From an uncultured Oscillospiraceae bacterium (GTDB taxonomy: Bacteria > Bacillota > Clostridia > Oscillospirales > Oscillospiraceae), in contig CANRDC010000001.1 of NCBI GenBank assembly GCA_947629245.1, forward strand, positions 93,667-157,666: a DNA stretch of 64,000 nucleotides. The letters are read 5' to 3'. Under the pieces are notes generated by a model. The model had not been told where the DNA came from. It made no database searches and worked only from the letters and a program-made list of their open reading frames with translations. Shown piece by piece: positions 35,446 through 43,773 of this stretch. The position numbers and the translations under genes are program-made. Within the stretch, counting starts at the first letter, position 1; each line of letters begins with the position of its first letter.

Positions 35446-37041
35446 ATGATTTCCCCTGTTGACTTTAAGGTTGCGGACTTCACAGCTAACCTCAGTCCTC
35501 AGATGGCGGCCTCTCTTACGATGGAGGACCTGCATGGTTCAGAGCTGATAGACAATCTGATACTCTTGAAGTTCGTGGACCCTGCGGATATTCAGAGCAT
35601 CTTGCGGACTAAGTACAGTCTTCCCTTCACGATGCTGAAGATAGACCCAACACCTGAGGACTTAAGGCAGTTCGCCGATAAGTATAAAGTCCTGCTTCAG
35701 CGTAATAGGGACACCCTTGTGTGCTATCTCCCTCTTGGACTTCAGCTTGACAACGCCGCACTTGAGGTTGATATCCCGAACTACCGTATAAGGTATATCT
35801 ACATTCCTGACTCGGATTACAACCTCATAAAGACTGGTTTGTCCAGTGATACCATTTCGAGACGAATTGCGGATTTCCGTCCGCTCCTCGTGTTTCGTCG
35901 CTTAGTCATTGACTGCCTGATGCGCGGCGGGACTGACTTACATATGCAGTCACGCTATGTGAATAAGCTTCCTGCGCATTTCATCTTCTACCGCATCAAG
36001 CGTGAAATGACTGCGTCGAACTTTCATATTGACTACGACATGATGCAGAGGGTTGTCAAAGACGCGGTCGGAAAACTCTCTACTGCATCTGCCGCAGATA
36101 TCGACTCGCAGTACGGTGTCACTACTCAGATACCCGACCTGTTCAAAGATGGTACAACTGATGTGCGTTTCCAGTGCATTAGAAATAATGCCGGCCTCAT
36201 GGCGGAGTGCGCCATTCAGAGCATCACGACTACGAATATGAAAGTAGACGAACTCGGCTTTCCTAAGAGTGACGTGGAGCTCATCCGTACTATCTCCAAA
36301 CGTCGCACTGGTTTGACCCTTGTTACTGGTGAGATGCGTTCCGGTAAGAACACCACAATCATGGCGATGGTCAATGAGATTAAGGACGACCCTATCAACA
36401 TCGTGGAGTATTCAAACCCTGTCGAGGTTCGTATGAGCCACAGCCAGCTTGATTATCGTGGTGACATCGACTTGCTTCTGAACCACATGAAGATGGCGAA
36501 GAAGTTCGACATCGACATCGCTATACTCAACGAGATACCTAACTCTGAAGTCGCTTTCGCCGTGCGTGACTTGGTTAACTCCGCCATTGGTGTAACGACC
36601 ACTACGCACATCGACCGCTTGTGGCACGCACCGAATAAGCTGAACGAGTTCTTCGAGAAGGACTATAAGACCATAATCTCTCAGCTTAACGCTATCATCA
36701 ATCATAAGATGTTTAGGCGTTGGTCTGGTCCTGACCTCGTGAAACGTATGCTTTCACCGGAGCAGGGAGACTTCGAGAAGTTCGCGTACAAGGCCGGAGT
36801 GCGCCAGTACTTCGTGCCTAAGGACGCATCTAAGATGAAGTACAGTCTTCAGCCGCTTGTCGAGATACTCGTTATCACCGACGAGATGAAAACCGCCATG
36901 CTTAACTATGATGAGCTTTGGCGTGCTGAGCAGATGCTTCGTTCGCACCTTGAGAGAGCTCACGCTACTATCGAGAATAAGCTCGCAGAGTATATAAATA
37001 GTGGCTTGTGCTCACTCGACGAAATGCGTCTAATCTATTAA
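35446..37041 (+). CDS. GspE/PilB/VirB11-superfamily secretion (traffic) ATPase with a GspE_N-like N-domain and a deviant Walker A
   Basis: LTLVTGEMRSGKNTTIMAMV versus GspE LvTGPTGSGKSTTLya. IVEYSNPVEV versus iEdPvE. FDIDIAILNEIPNSEVAFAVRDLVNSAIGVTTTTH versus dPDvimvGEiRD.ET......AalTGHlVlsTLH. GGAGGAGG RBS. Confidence 0.75.
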   Translation: MISPVDFKVADFTANLSPQMAASLTMEDLHGSELIDNLILLKFVDPADIQSILRTKYSLPFTMLKIDPTPEDLRQFADKYKVLLQRNRDTLVCYLPLGLQLDNAALEVDIPNYRIRYIYIPDSDYNLIKTGLSSDTISRRIADFRPLLVFRRLVIDCLMRGGTDLHMQSRYVNKLPAHFIFYRIKREMTASNFHIDYDMMQRVVKDAVGKLSTASAADIDSQYGVTTQIPDLFKDGTTDVRFQCIRNNAGLMAECAIQSITTTNMKVDELGFPKSDVELIRTISKRRTGLTLVTGEMRSGKNTTIMAMVNEIKDDPINIVEYSNPVEVRMSHSQLDYRGDIDLLLNHMKMAKKFDIDIAILNEIPNSEVAFAVRDLVNSAIGVTTTTHIDRLWHAPNKLNEFFEKDYKTIISQLNAIINHKMFRRWSGPDLVKRMLSPEQGDFEKFAYKAGVRQYFVPKDASKMKYSLQPLVEILVITDEMKTAMLNYDELWRAEQMLRSHLERAHATIENKLAEYINSGLCSLDEMRLIY

Positions 37042-37056
37042 GGAGGTTGTTGTAAA

Positions 37057-37413
37057 GTGCCAAACATAGGTAATAAGAGGCCGCCCACTGCCGTATCAAC
37101 GAAGGGCAAACATACTCCTGAGGCTCAGAGAAGACGCCGCGAGACAGACGACGATGCACCTATCCGCGCCAGCGATATGAGGCGTCAGCAACAGCAACGT
37201 CCTCCTAAACCCACCGTGCCTAAGGCCGACCCGTTCTCCGATGGTATTGTGTCCATTAGATTAAAGGACGCCACGGTTGTTCCTCGTGTCGGTGGAGACG
37301 AAGTAACGCTCCTTCGTGAGTTCCTGCAATACTATACGGAGGAAAATGTCCATGTAACTAACATCATGACGAGGAATTCCTTCATGAAGAAGGCGGGAGG
37401 TAGACTATTATGA
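37057..37413 (+). CDS. Small protein with a highly basic, disordered N-terminus (118 aa)
   Basis: GTG start after AAGGAGG. Contains KRPPTAVSTKGKHTPEAQRRRRE...RRQQQQRPPKP. Confidence 0.45.
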   Translation: MPNIGNKRPPTAVSTKGKHTPEAQRRRRETDDDAPIRASDMRRQQQQRPPKPTVPKADPFSDGIVSIRLKDATVVPRVGGDEVTLLREFLQYYTEENVHVTNIMTRNSFMKKAGGRLL

Positions 37414-37910
37414 TAAAGAAGCTTATCCTCCTCGTACTCGCCATCGGTGCGGCTTATGGCGCCTTGCTTTCTCCGTACAGCTACAAGGCGAACGAGAATG
37501 TCCCACAGGAAATCAAACAGGTGCAGATGGAGCTCAATGACGCTGAGGTTAACTCAGTTAAAGCTCGTGAGGAGATGCATAACGCTAAAGCGACGTTTGA
37601 TAACAACCACAGTTTTGACGTTGCGTACAATGACCTCTCTAAGCTCTCTAAGCTCTTGAGCATAACAGCTGGTATCTCGGTGTCTGGCATGTCTGCATAC
37701 GACCCTGTGAGTCAGATGGAGATAGGGCCCTGTGACCCTGAGAGTGGTGCTGAGCTTCCTGCGGCTATCCTCATGAAGTTGGTTGTTGACGATATCAACG
37801 GCGGGCTTCGTGTGGTTAATCGACTTGAGCTTCCGGTAATTTCCCTCACAGTGAATGAGCCCGGCAACATTGATGTTATCTTCTTGACTGGAGGTGACAT
37901 CGATGCCTAA
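37410..37910 (+). CDS. Bitopic membrane protein, PilO/PilN-like topology (N-terminal TM, coiled coil, small globular domain)
   Basis: TM helix KKLILLVLAIGAAYGALL, then coiled coil QVQMELNDAEVNSVKAREEMHNAKATF. GGGAGG RBS. Sits next to the GspE-like ATPase. Confidence 0.35.
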   Translation: MIKKLILLVLAIGAAYGALLSPYSYKANENVPQEIKQVQMELNDAEVNSVKAREEMHNAKATFDNNHSFDVAYNDLSKLSKLLSITAGISVSGMSAYDPVSQMEIGPCDPESGAELPAAILMKLVVDDINGGLRVVNRLELPVISLTVNEPGNIDVIFLTGGDIDA

Positions 37911-39126
37911 TGCTCTGTTTGTCGACGTCTCTAATCTGAACACACTGTTTAAGGTTGGAGACAGGTTTGTGCTTGGGACCAGTTACCTCTCCTGCCCTGA
38001 CCGTATCGCCATTGATGCGCAGGCACTTGGGGCTTCTTACGATATTTATTTGTCGATGCTTCCGAGGCCGAAGGGTGAGGGCGACGGTGTCATATCCGCC
38101 TTGTCTATCGGCGGTGTTCCGTTCACCGTTCTTAAGGAGGAAGTCGATAAAGTTATCAAACTTGTCGAGAATACTCCTGGCGTCGGTACTGTATACATTT
38201 GCAATGCCCTCGCTAACTTCGCCATCAACGCACGTGTGCCGAAGTTTGAGTCCGTCATAAACTATGGTAGTCGAGTCGCCCTGTTCTCGGTCAAAGATAA
38301 AATGCTGGAGACGCTGAAGGTCTATGACTCTCAGTCCGCGCTCTTTGAGGATAAAGGCGAGGAGTTTACTTGCTATGGCGACATCGACCTTCTCGACGTT
38401 GACGCCATGAAGTCCCAGTACAGCGAACTCTCCGAGTGCAGTAAGTCTGCACTTGTTGCACTGGCTCCGCTGATTGCCTCATATCACTCTCCGTACAATG
38501 TTGATATCGAGACTGTCAAAGCGCAGCTTGGGCTTGGAGAGTACGCCGGAACTGTTAAGGAAAAGCCTGAGCCTGAAGAAGAAAGAAGACCCGCACCTGT
38601 CTACACGCCGCCTGTTGATGAAGAAGAGGACGACGATGATGATTTCGAGGAGCGTGAAGCGCCCCGTAGGGTTGTTGTACGTAAGGCGAGACTTAGTGTC
38701 GTCAATGTACTTCTGACTATAATCATTATCGCTGGGTGCGCCTGGACTGGCATCGGCTACGGACTGAGTAAACATGCTGGAGACGCCGACGCTATCCGAG
38801 CTGAGCTTACACCCTATCAGACTCAGACACATCACGATAACGTCGTGGCTGAGATGTGGACAAATGCTTACGGGTTCACGCAGGAAGTGCTCGACCTCGT
38901 TGACGTGGTGAATGGCTCTGAACTCGGCGCTCACATCTATGCAATCAGCGCTACAACTGACAGCATAGTTATCGAGTGCAATGCTGCTAACTCAGATATA
39001 ATGACACAGCTTGTCGGAGTAATTACTGGGAACGGCTACTCTAATCCAACTCTGAATGAGCTTGATGCTGTTCAGTCCGCTGACGGAACGACCAGCTACA
39101 ATTATCGCCTGACAGTGGCGAAATAA
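37903..39126 (+). CDS. Bitopic membrane protein: cytoplasmic domain, acidic linker, TM, PilN/PilO-like C-terminal domain
   Basis: GGAGG RBS before ATG 37903. Linker VDEEEDDDDDFEEREAPRR, then TM helix LSVVNVLLTIIIIAGCAWTGIGYGL. The C-terminus AHIYAISATTDSIVIECNAANSDIMTQLVGVITGNGYSNPTLNEL...YNYRLTV fits the PilN/PilO ferredoxin-like pattern. Confidence 0.35.
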   Translation: MPNALFVDVSNLNTLFKVGDRFVLGTSYLSCPDRIAIDAQALGASYDIYLSMLPRPKGEGDGVISALSIGGVPFTVLKEEVDKVIKLVENTPGVGTVYICNALANFAINARVPKFESVINYGSRVALFSVKDKMLETLKVYDSQSALFEDKGEEFTCYGDIDLLDVDAMKSQYSELSECSKSALVALAPLIASYHSPYNVDIETVKAQLGLGEYAGTVKEKPEPEEERRPAPVYTPPVDEEEDDDDDFEEREAPRRVVVRKARLSVVNVLLTIIIIAGCAWTGIGYGLSKHAGDADAIRAELTPYQTQTHHDNVVAEMWTNAYGFTQEVLDLVDVVNGSELGAHIYAISATTDSIVIECNAANSDIMTQLVGVITGNGYSNPTLNELDAVQSADGTTSYNYRLTVAK

Positions 39127-39148
39127 ATATATAAAAGGAGATAAAGAC

Positions 39149-39895
39149 ATGAGCGAAGAAATCATCAACGGAAAGGTGAAACCTATTTCGATGGACAGTG
39201 CAAATGCAAAGTTTGTGAAGTTCAATCGGGATATGGTCACCGACTACAACACCCTGTGCTCCTACATCAACAGCCTCATTTTTGGACGCGAGGCTGTTGG
39301 TGGCGACAGCCTGACTGTTCACGGCTACACCACTCATAAGGTGGTGTACGCTGAGGTCTCCGGCTACACTCCTGAGACTGTGGCCGAAGTCGTGAAGAGC
39401 TATGAGGCCGCCGGGTTCAGCACGGTTCAGTTCGGCATCGATGCGGACTCTGAGTCCAACATCCACTTCCTCGGCGTCATGTGGGACGAGAACATCAAGG
39501 TATCAACCACCGAGCTCGACACCCTGATAAAGTTCTTCGAGGACGAAGCGGAAGGCGACGACGCCTTGGCGGATACTGCCGAGACGATGGACGGCATCGC
39601 TGAGGTCGACTCTACGGAGAAGCCTGACCTCATGGAGCATATGGTCGCTGGGACCACGGAGGAGTTCCTCACCAGGCGTGCGGGCGAAGGTGACATTCAC
39701 CCTGAGCCCGCCATGCATTCCGACTTCGAGACGGATAATATGGAGCCCGTGGTAACTGGCTTCAAGCCTGCTGAGGTCGCGATGCTTGATATACCTGGTG
39801 ATGACTTCGACCCCGACATGCCGTCCGGCGTGCCCGACTTCGGGAGTATGACAGCTGAAATCCCTACCCGCAGCGACGAGGCTTACCTCGGCTAA
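39149..39895 (+). CDS. Acidic hypothetical protein (248 aa), codon-optimised
   Basis: AAGGAG RBS. The C-terminal half is very D/E-rich (EDEAEGDDALADTAETMDG...DDFDPDMPSGVPDF). Confidence 0.55.
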   Translation: MSEEIINGKVKPISMDSANAKFVKFNRDMVTDYNTLCSYINSLIFGREAVGGDSLTVHGYTTHKVVYAEVSGYTPETVAEVVKSYEAAGFSTVQFGIDADSESNIHFLGVMWDENIKVSTTELDTLIKFFEDEAEGDDALADTAETMDGIAEVDSTEKPDLMEHMVAGTTEEFLTRRAGEGDIHPEPAMHSDFETDNMEPVVTGFKPAEVAMLDIPGDDFDPDMPSGVPDFGSMTAEIPTRSDEAYLG

Positions 39896-40166
39896 TCCTT
39901 GAAGCTTGGATTTCACTGAGGCGTAAACGATGTCTGTGAACGCTTTAACCACTCGGTACTGGGTCTGTTTGAAGCGGTCAGGTCCTCCCAAAATCTAACG
40001 AGAGATTGAGCTGTGGGATAGACACTCGTTGACTCCGACTGCATTATTGAATTGTCGATATGCTGTCGCTTGGCGTCATGCAGTGCGCCTTTTCAATCTA
40101 CGCCATCGTTGACGGTGGTGAGACACTACTGGTGGCGTAGCCATTGACAAACCGTATAAATATAGA

Positions 40167-40191
40167 GGGGTGGATAGTTATTATCCACCCC
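40167..40191 (+). other. Perfect 10-bp hairpin in the 5' region of ORF 40222
   Basis: GGGGTGGATA-gttat-TATCCACCCC, 30 nt upstream of the ATG. A TTGACA box lies at 40144-40149. Confidence 0.4.
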
Positions 40192-40221
40192 TTCGTCGTC
40201 TGATACAAAAGGAGATTTAGA

Positions 40222-40683
40222 ATGGATAACCCTATACTCGCTAAAGCAACCATTTCCGCATATGGTATGAGTTTCAGCGGTGATCTCGATATCCCATGCG
40301 AAGATATCCTCCTCAGACATCCGAGAGATGTACATACTTGGCATCAGTCAGACTTTCTTAATATAGCACTCGCATGTGCTTCCTTTGTACTTAATGTGCA
40401 AAGCGACCCAGAGCTTGCTGTAAATGCGCGCCCTATTGTAGTTACCATCGACTACACAGAAGAAGTCAATGATGCCGCGTTTGAGAAGTTTATTATCAAT
40501 GCTGTTGGTTCTGGTATCGACGTGCGTTCTATTGACTTCGTTACGCATACCGTCGCTATCAACATCGGTCTCAAGACCATGAGCGATAATACCTTAACTT
40601 CTGTGATAAACCGCAGTCTCTCACGCTTCGCAGACAAATATGAGGGAAATAAGACTATTCCGGAGACAATAACAATCAGGTAA
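40222..40683 (+). CDS. Hypothetical protein (153 aa)
   Basis: AAGGAG 7 nt upstream. No motif recognised. Confidence 0.55.
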   Translation: MDNPILAKATISAYGMSFSGDLDIPCEDILLRHPRDVHTWHQSDFLNIALACASFVLNVQSDPELAVNARPIVVTIDYTEEVNDAAFEKFIINAVGSGIDVRSIDFVTHTVAINIGLKTMSDNTLTSVINRSLSRFADKYEGNKTIPETITIR

Positions 40684-40708
40684 GAAGATAAGAAAGAGGT
40701 ACAGAGAT

Positions 40709-41269
40709 ATGTCAGCTCCACTTTTAGCGACGAAGCGCTTTGACCTTATGCCCTTGCTCGTCAGAAACGCTCCTCAGATGTATTCCAGATGGTTAACCGA
40801 TAAGGAGGTCGCCAGGTTTTGTACCTGGACCCCAAATCGCAGTATGGAGCAGGCAGTCTCCTATGTTGAGTCAGAAGTCGAAAGAGACAAACGTGACGAC
40901 TACTTCGCATGGGGAATGTACTTTGACTCATATAAGAAGAACTCCTACCACCCGCAAATCTTTGGGCAGATTACACTCGCCGTGAACACAAAGACTTCAA
41001 CTGGTTCTGTCGAGTTTGTAGTCATGCGCCCTGAGTGGAACAAGGGCTACGCAACCGAGGCTGTTGCTAAGGTTGTTGAGTTTGCTCTGCATAATCTCGC
41101 ACTCCGACGTGTCATTGCGACATGCAATGTGGAGTGCATAGCGGCACAGCATGTGCTTGAGAACGTTGGCATGAAGAGACTCTACGAGTTTCACATGCCT
41201 TGGAAGACAAAAGAAGGGTGCAACATGGTGCGCTATCAGGTTACGCGCGAGCAGTATTTTGGCGAATAG
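40709..41269 (+). CDS. GNAT-family N-acetyltransferase (RimJ/RimL-like)
   Basis: VVMRPEWNKGYATEAVAKVVEFALHNL is the typical GNAT motif A of this subfamily (..GkGyatEA......a). The length of 186 aa fits. Confidence 0.75.
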   Translation: MSAPLLATKRFDLMPLLVRNAPQMYSRWLTDKEVARFCTWTPNRSMEQAVSYVESEVERDKRDDYFAWGMYFDSYKKNSYHPQIFGQITLAVNTKTSTGSVEFVVMRPEWNKGYATEAVAKVVEFALHNLALRRVIATCNVECIAAQHVLENVGMKRLYEFHMPWKTKEGCNMVRYQVTREQYFGE

Positions 41270-41288
41270 TGCAGGTTGAAAATACCTC

Positions 41289-41297
41289 TGCTATAAT
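41289..41297 (+). promoter_or_regulatory. Extended -10 promoter element TGcTATAAT upstream of the actin-like gene
   Basis: TGCTATAAT read directly, 26 nt upstream of ATG 41324. No good -35, which extended -10 promoters tolerate. Confidence 0.45.
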
Positions 41298-41323
41298 ACT
41301 ACTGAAAGGATGAAGTAAGAACC

Positions 41324-42610
41324 ATGTTAGGAGAAAGCAGGATTAAGAAGGGGTCCGGCATCGTTATCAAGGAGGGTAACTCACTGTCCAGCAGTGTTAA
41401 CCTCATTGCTGGTATCGACGCTGGTTCCACCGAGACTCGCGTATGCTTGGCTGACGCTACCGACGCCGAGCTCTTTGCGAACGAGTCGAGAGTGAAGGAG
41501 GCCCTGCAGGCTTTGGGGAAAGTCTACACCATTCCTTCCACCTATGCAACTACAATGGACAACAGAGAGATAATCCCTGCGAGTCAGAATATCGAGGACA
41601 ACTATGACAGTACCATCATGATGGTGCGTGTGTCTGCTGAGCACCCTATGGTCACGCGGCACCGTGTTCTCCGTGGGAAGAAGATGCGCGACGCGACTGG
41701 TCTGGTCGCCAGGTATCTCGACAGCAGTACAAACAAATCGGATAACCCGATTTTCTACATAAACATTATCGACGCCCTTGGCTATGCCATCATGCATAAG
41801 TACAACGGTGCCATTCCGAGAACGGTCAACGTTCAGATGGTCTTGTCAGTCAGGCCGAAGGAGCAGACCTCTATCTGCCGTGACCGCATGATTGAAAACA
41901 TCATCGGTCAGTTCATCTTCTCGTGGAAGAACACAAGCATCACGCTAAACATTCAGAGCATCGACTTCACAACGGAGCCGGAGGCACAGGTGTTCGGCAC
42001 TACAACTATCTGCGACCTGAAATACACGGAGAACCCCGACACCGGCGAAAGCTTCAAGGAGCTGGCCGACAGGCTTTCCAACTCTCGTACATACATTCAC
42101 ATCGAGGGTGGTGGCTCCTCTATCGGCGTCGAGGTGGTTCGTGACGGTCAGCTGGTCGACAGCTGTTCGAGCACGTTCCAGCTCGGCGGGAACTACCTCT
42201 GCCAGATTTTCATCGACAGGGTTCGTGAAAGCATCGGAAGGACGGTGTCTGTCGACGCCGCGAATGAAGCCCTCGTTACTACGCTCCTGCGTGATGGGCG
42301 TGATACCATTGATGTCAACGGCATCGTGGCGGACTGCAAGAACCAGTTGGCTCTCGACATTGTCGAGCGCCTGCGCCACAATGTGATTGACCTCAATCAC
42401 TGGCTGTCCTTGCAGGACGTTGAGTTCATAACACTCGGCGGAAGGCTGTTCCGTCAGGATAAGAGAGGCAACACAATCAGCACCTATCTGAGGGAGTATA
42501 TACAGCAGATTTCTCCTAACACCGACGTAATCGTCTTGACGGAGAACTGCATACCTCAGGGCAACCTCGTTATTGGTTTGAACGCCGATAACGAGAGTGC
42601 CACAGCGTAA
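41324..42610 (+). CDS. Actin-like ATPase (ParM/Alp-type segregation protein; a PilM/FtsA-like role is not excluded)
   Basis: Phosphate-1 LIAGIDAGSTETRV, phosphate-2 YIHIEGGGSSIGVEV and adenosine motif FITLGGRLF occur in the order typical of the ASKHA/actin fold. Confidence 0.65.
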   Translation: MLGESRIKKGSGIVIKEGNSLSSSVNLIAGIDAGSTETRVCLADATDAELFANESRVKEALQALGKVYTIPSTYATTMDNREIIPASQNIEDNYDSTIMMVRVSAEHPMVTRHRVLRGKKMRDATGLVARYLDSSTNKSDNPIFYINIIDALGYAIMHKYNGAIPRTVNVQMVLSVRPKEQTSICRDRMIENIIGQFIFSWKNTSITLNIQSIDFTTEPEAQVFGTTTICDLKYTENPDTGESFKELADRLSNSRTYIHIEGGGSSIGVEVVRDGQLVDSCSSTFQLGGNYLCQIFIDRVRESIGRTVSVDAANEALVTTLLRDGRDTIDVNGIVADCKNQLALDIVERLRHNVIDLNHWLSLQDVEFITLGGRLFRQDKRGNTISTYLREYIQQISPNTDVIVLTENCIPQGNLVIGLNADNESATA

Positions 42611-42625
42611 GTTCAGCGAAATCTT

Positions 42626-42656
42626 TGCACCCTGGGCGCCATGTGTTCAGGGTGCA
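42626..42656 (+). terminator. Hairpin after the actin-like gene
   Basis: TGCACCCTG-ggcgccatgtgtt-CAGGGTGCA. No T-tract. Confidence 0.35.
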
Positions 42657-42676
42657 TATAAAGTGGAGGAATACCT

Positions 42677-42970
42677 ATGCCAATCTATGGAAGGTTTGAA
42701 CTCAACGTGACAGTCGCTACACAAGAGGAACTCGATAAGATTGCTGAAGCGGTGTACAGCGGTCTCGCAGAAGCTTGTATCAAAGATGTCGTTCTTTGGG
42801 ATGGCGCCTTGCAAGGTAAGCGTGATGCTGTACGCTCAGAAAGCAATGTCGAGCTCAAACGCATAGATACTGGCGCGGAGTTAGGAACTTCACTGACACC
42901 CATCGTAGAAAAGAAAGAAAGAGTCACCGGCGTGATGGGCCGGGGAAGAATGGGGAGGCGACCTGGATGA
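42677..42970 (+). CDS. Small protein with an N-terminal ribbon-helix-helix-like segment and an Arg/Gly-rich tail; candidate ParR-like adaptor
   Basis: GGAGG RBS. RFELNVTVATQEELDKIAEAVYSGL reads as a strand followed by a helix. C-terminal GVMGRGRMGRRPG. Sits directly downstream of the ParM-like gene. Confidence 0.35.
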   Translation: MPIYGRFELNVTVATQEELDKIAEAVYSGLAEACIKDVVLWDGALQGKRDAVRSESNVELKRIDTGAELGTSLTPIVEKKERVTGVMGRGRMGRRPG

Positions 42971-43773
42971 TAACACCGCTTATGCACATTCTCAGCTGTC
43001 TCGATAAGGACTATTCGATGGTCTCACCGTTGAGTATCCTCTACCTGAATAAGGTCGATAGGGACGTAATAATCTCCGAAGCTAAGAGAATGTGCGACAT
43101 GCTTTTCGATGGCGACATAATTGCCATCGACGACCAGCCGAGCCTCGATGGAAGGTATCTGGTGAGCAGAGACCAAGTTGTCAACGACTCGTATAGAACT
43201 ATCAATGTCTATACTCAGCTCCTGCTTACACGGATACGTGACTGTGCGAGAAAGTACGTTGCAGACGTGAACAACGTGGCTAAGCAAGAGGACGATGAGG
43301 ACCTAAGCGCCGAGTCAACCGTTCTCAACATGGAAGGCAACCCGGAGTATGTATACAAGTTTGTGTACACTACGATGCGAGGCGCCACCCAGTCGAACTT
43401 TGGCAGCAAGATTGAGAAGTTGCAGGAAATCTATTCTGTACTCATTTCGCATACCGATGTCCAAGAGGGCGACGATAAGGCTATGCTCGACAGGCTTGGC
43501 GCTCAGGCTCAAATGAACTATTGGCGTACACTTCTAATGCGCGATTACATGCAGGCGTTTCGCACACTCCCTCCTGAGTTCAATGCAACTACGGTGGAGG
43601 AAATCAGAGAGGACTTACAGAGTCTTGGCTTCTATGGCTTTGTCAATCCTCTTGAGATGTATAATGCCTTTTCACGTTCCCGCATTGGAAGAAAGTCCAA
43701 TGTCGTCGTTGAGCCTACGTCCATAGAGTTCCTTCGTGACGCAATACTTGCTGGTGGAGGTAAGGTAGAGTGA
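42967..43773 (+). CDS. Hypothetical protein (268 aa)
   Basis: GGGAGG RBS and ATGA overlap with the upstream gene. Confidence 0.55.
   Translation: MITPLMHILSCLDKDYSMVSPLSILYLNKVDRDVIISEAKRMCDMLFDGDIIAIDDQPSLDGRYLVSRDQVVNDSYRTINVYTQLLLTRIRDCARKYVADVNNVAKQEDDEDLSAESTVLNMEGNPEYVYKFVYTTMRGATQSNFGSKIEKLQEIYSVLISHTDVQEGDDKAMLDRLGAQAQMNYWRTLLMRDYMQAFRTLPPEFNATTVEEIREDLQSLGFYGFVNPLEMYNAFSRSRIGRKSNVVVEPTSIEFLRDAILAGGGKVE

Noticed and set aside
40222-41269. The GNAT acetyltransferase plus its upstream small ORF, considered as a GNAT-RHH toxin-antitoxin pair (TacT/AtaT type).
   Set aside because: The GNAT has the RimJ/RimL-type GKGYATEA motif and is larger than those toxins. The upstream 153-aa ORF has no RHH/DUF1778-like N-terminus and is separated from the GNAT by its own RBS spacer. 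The support is insufficient.
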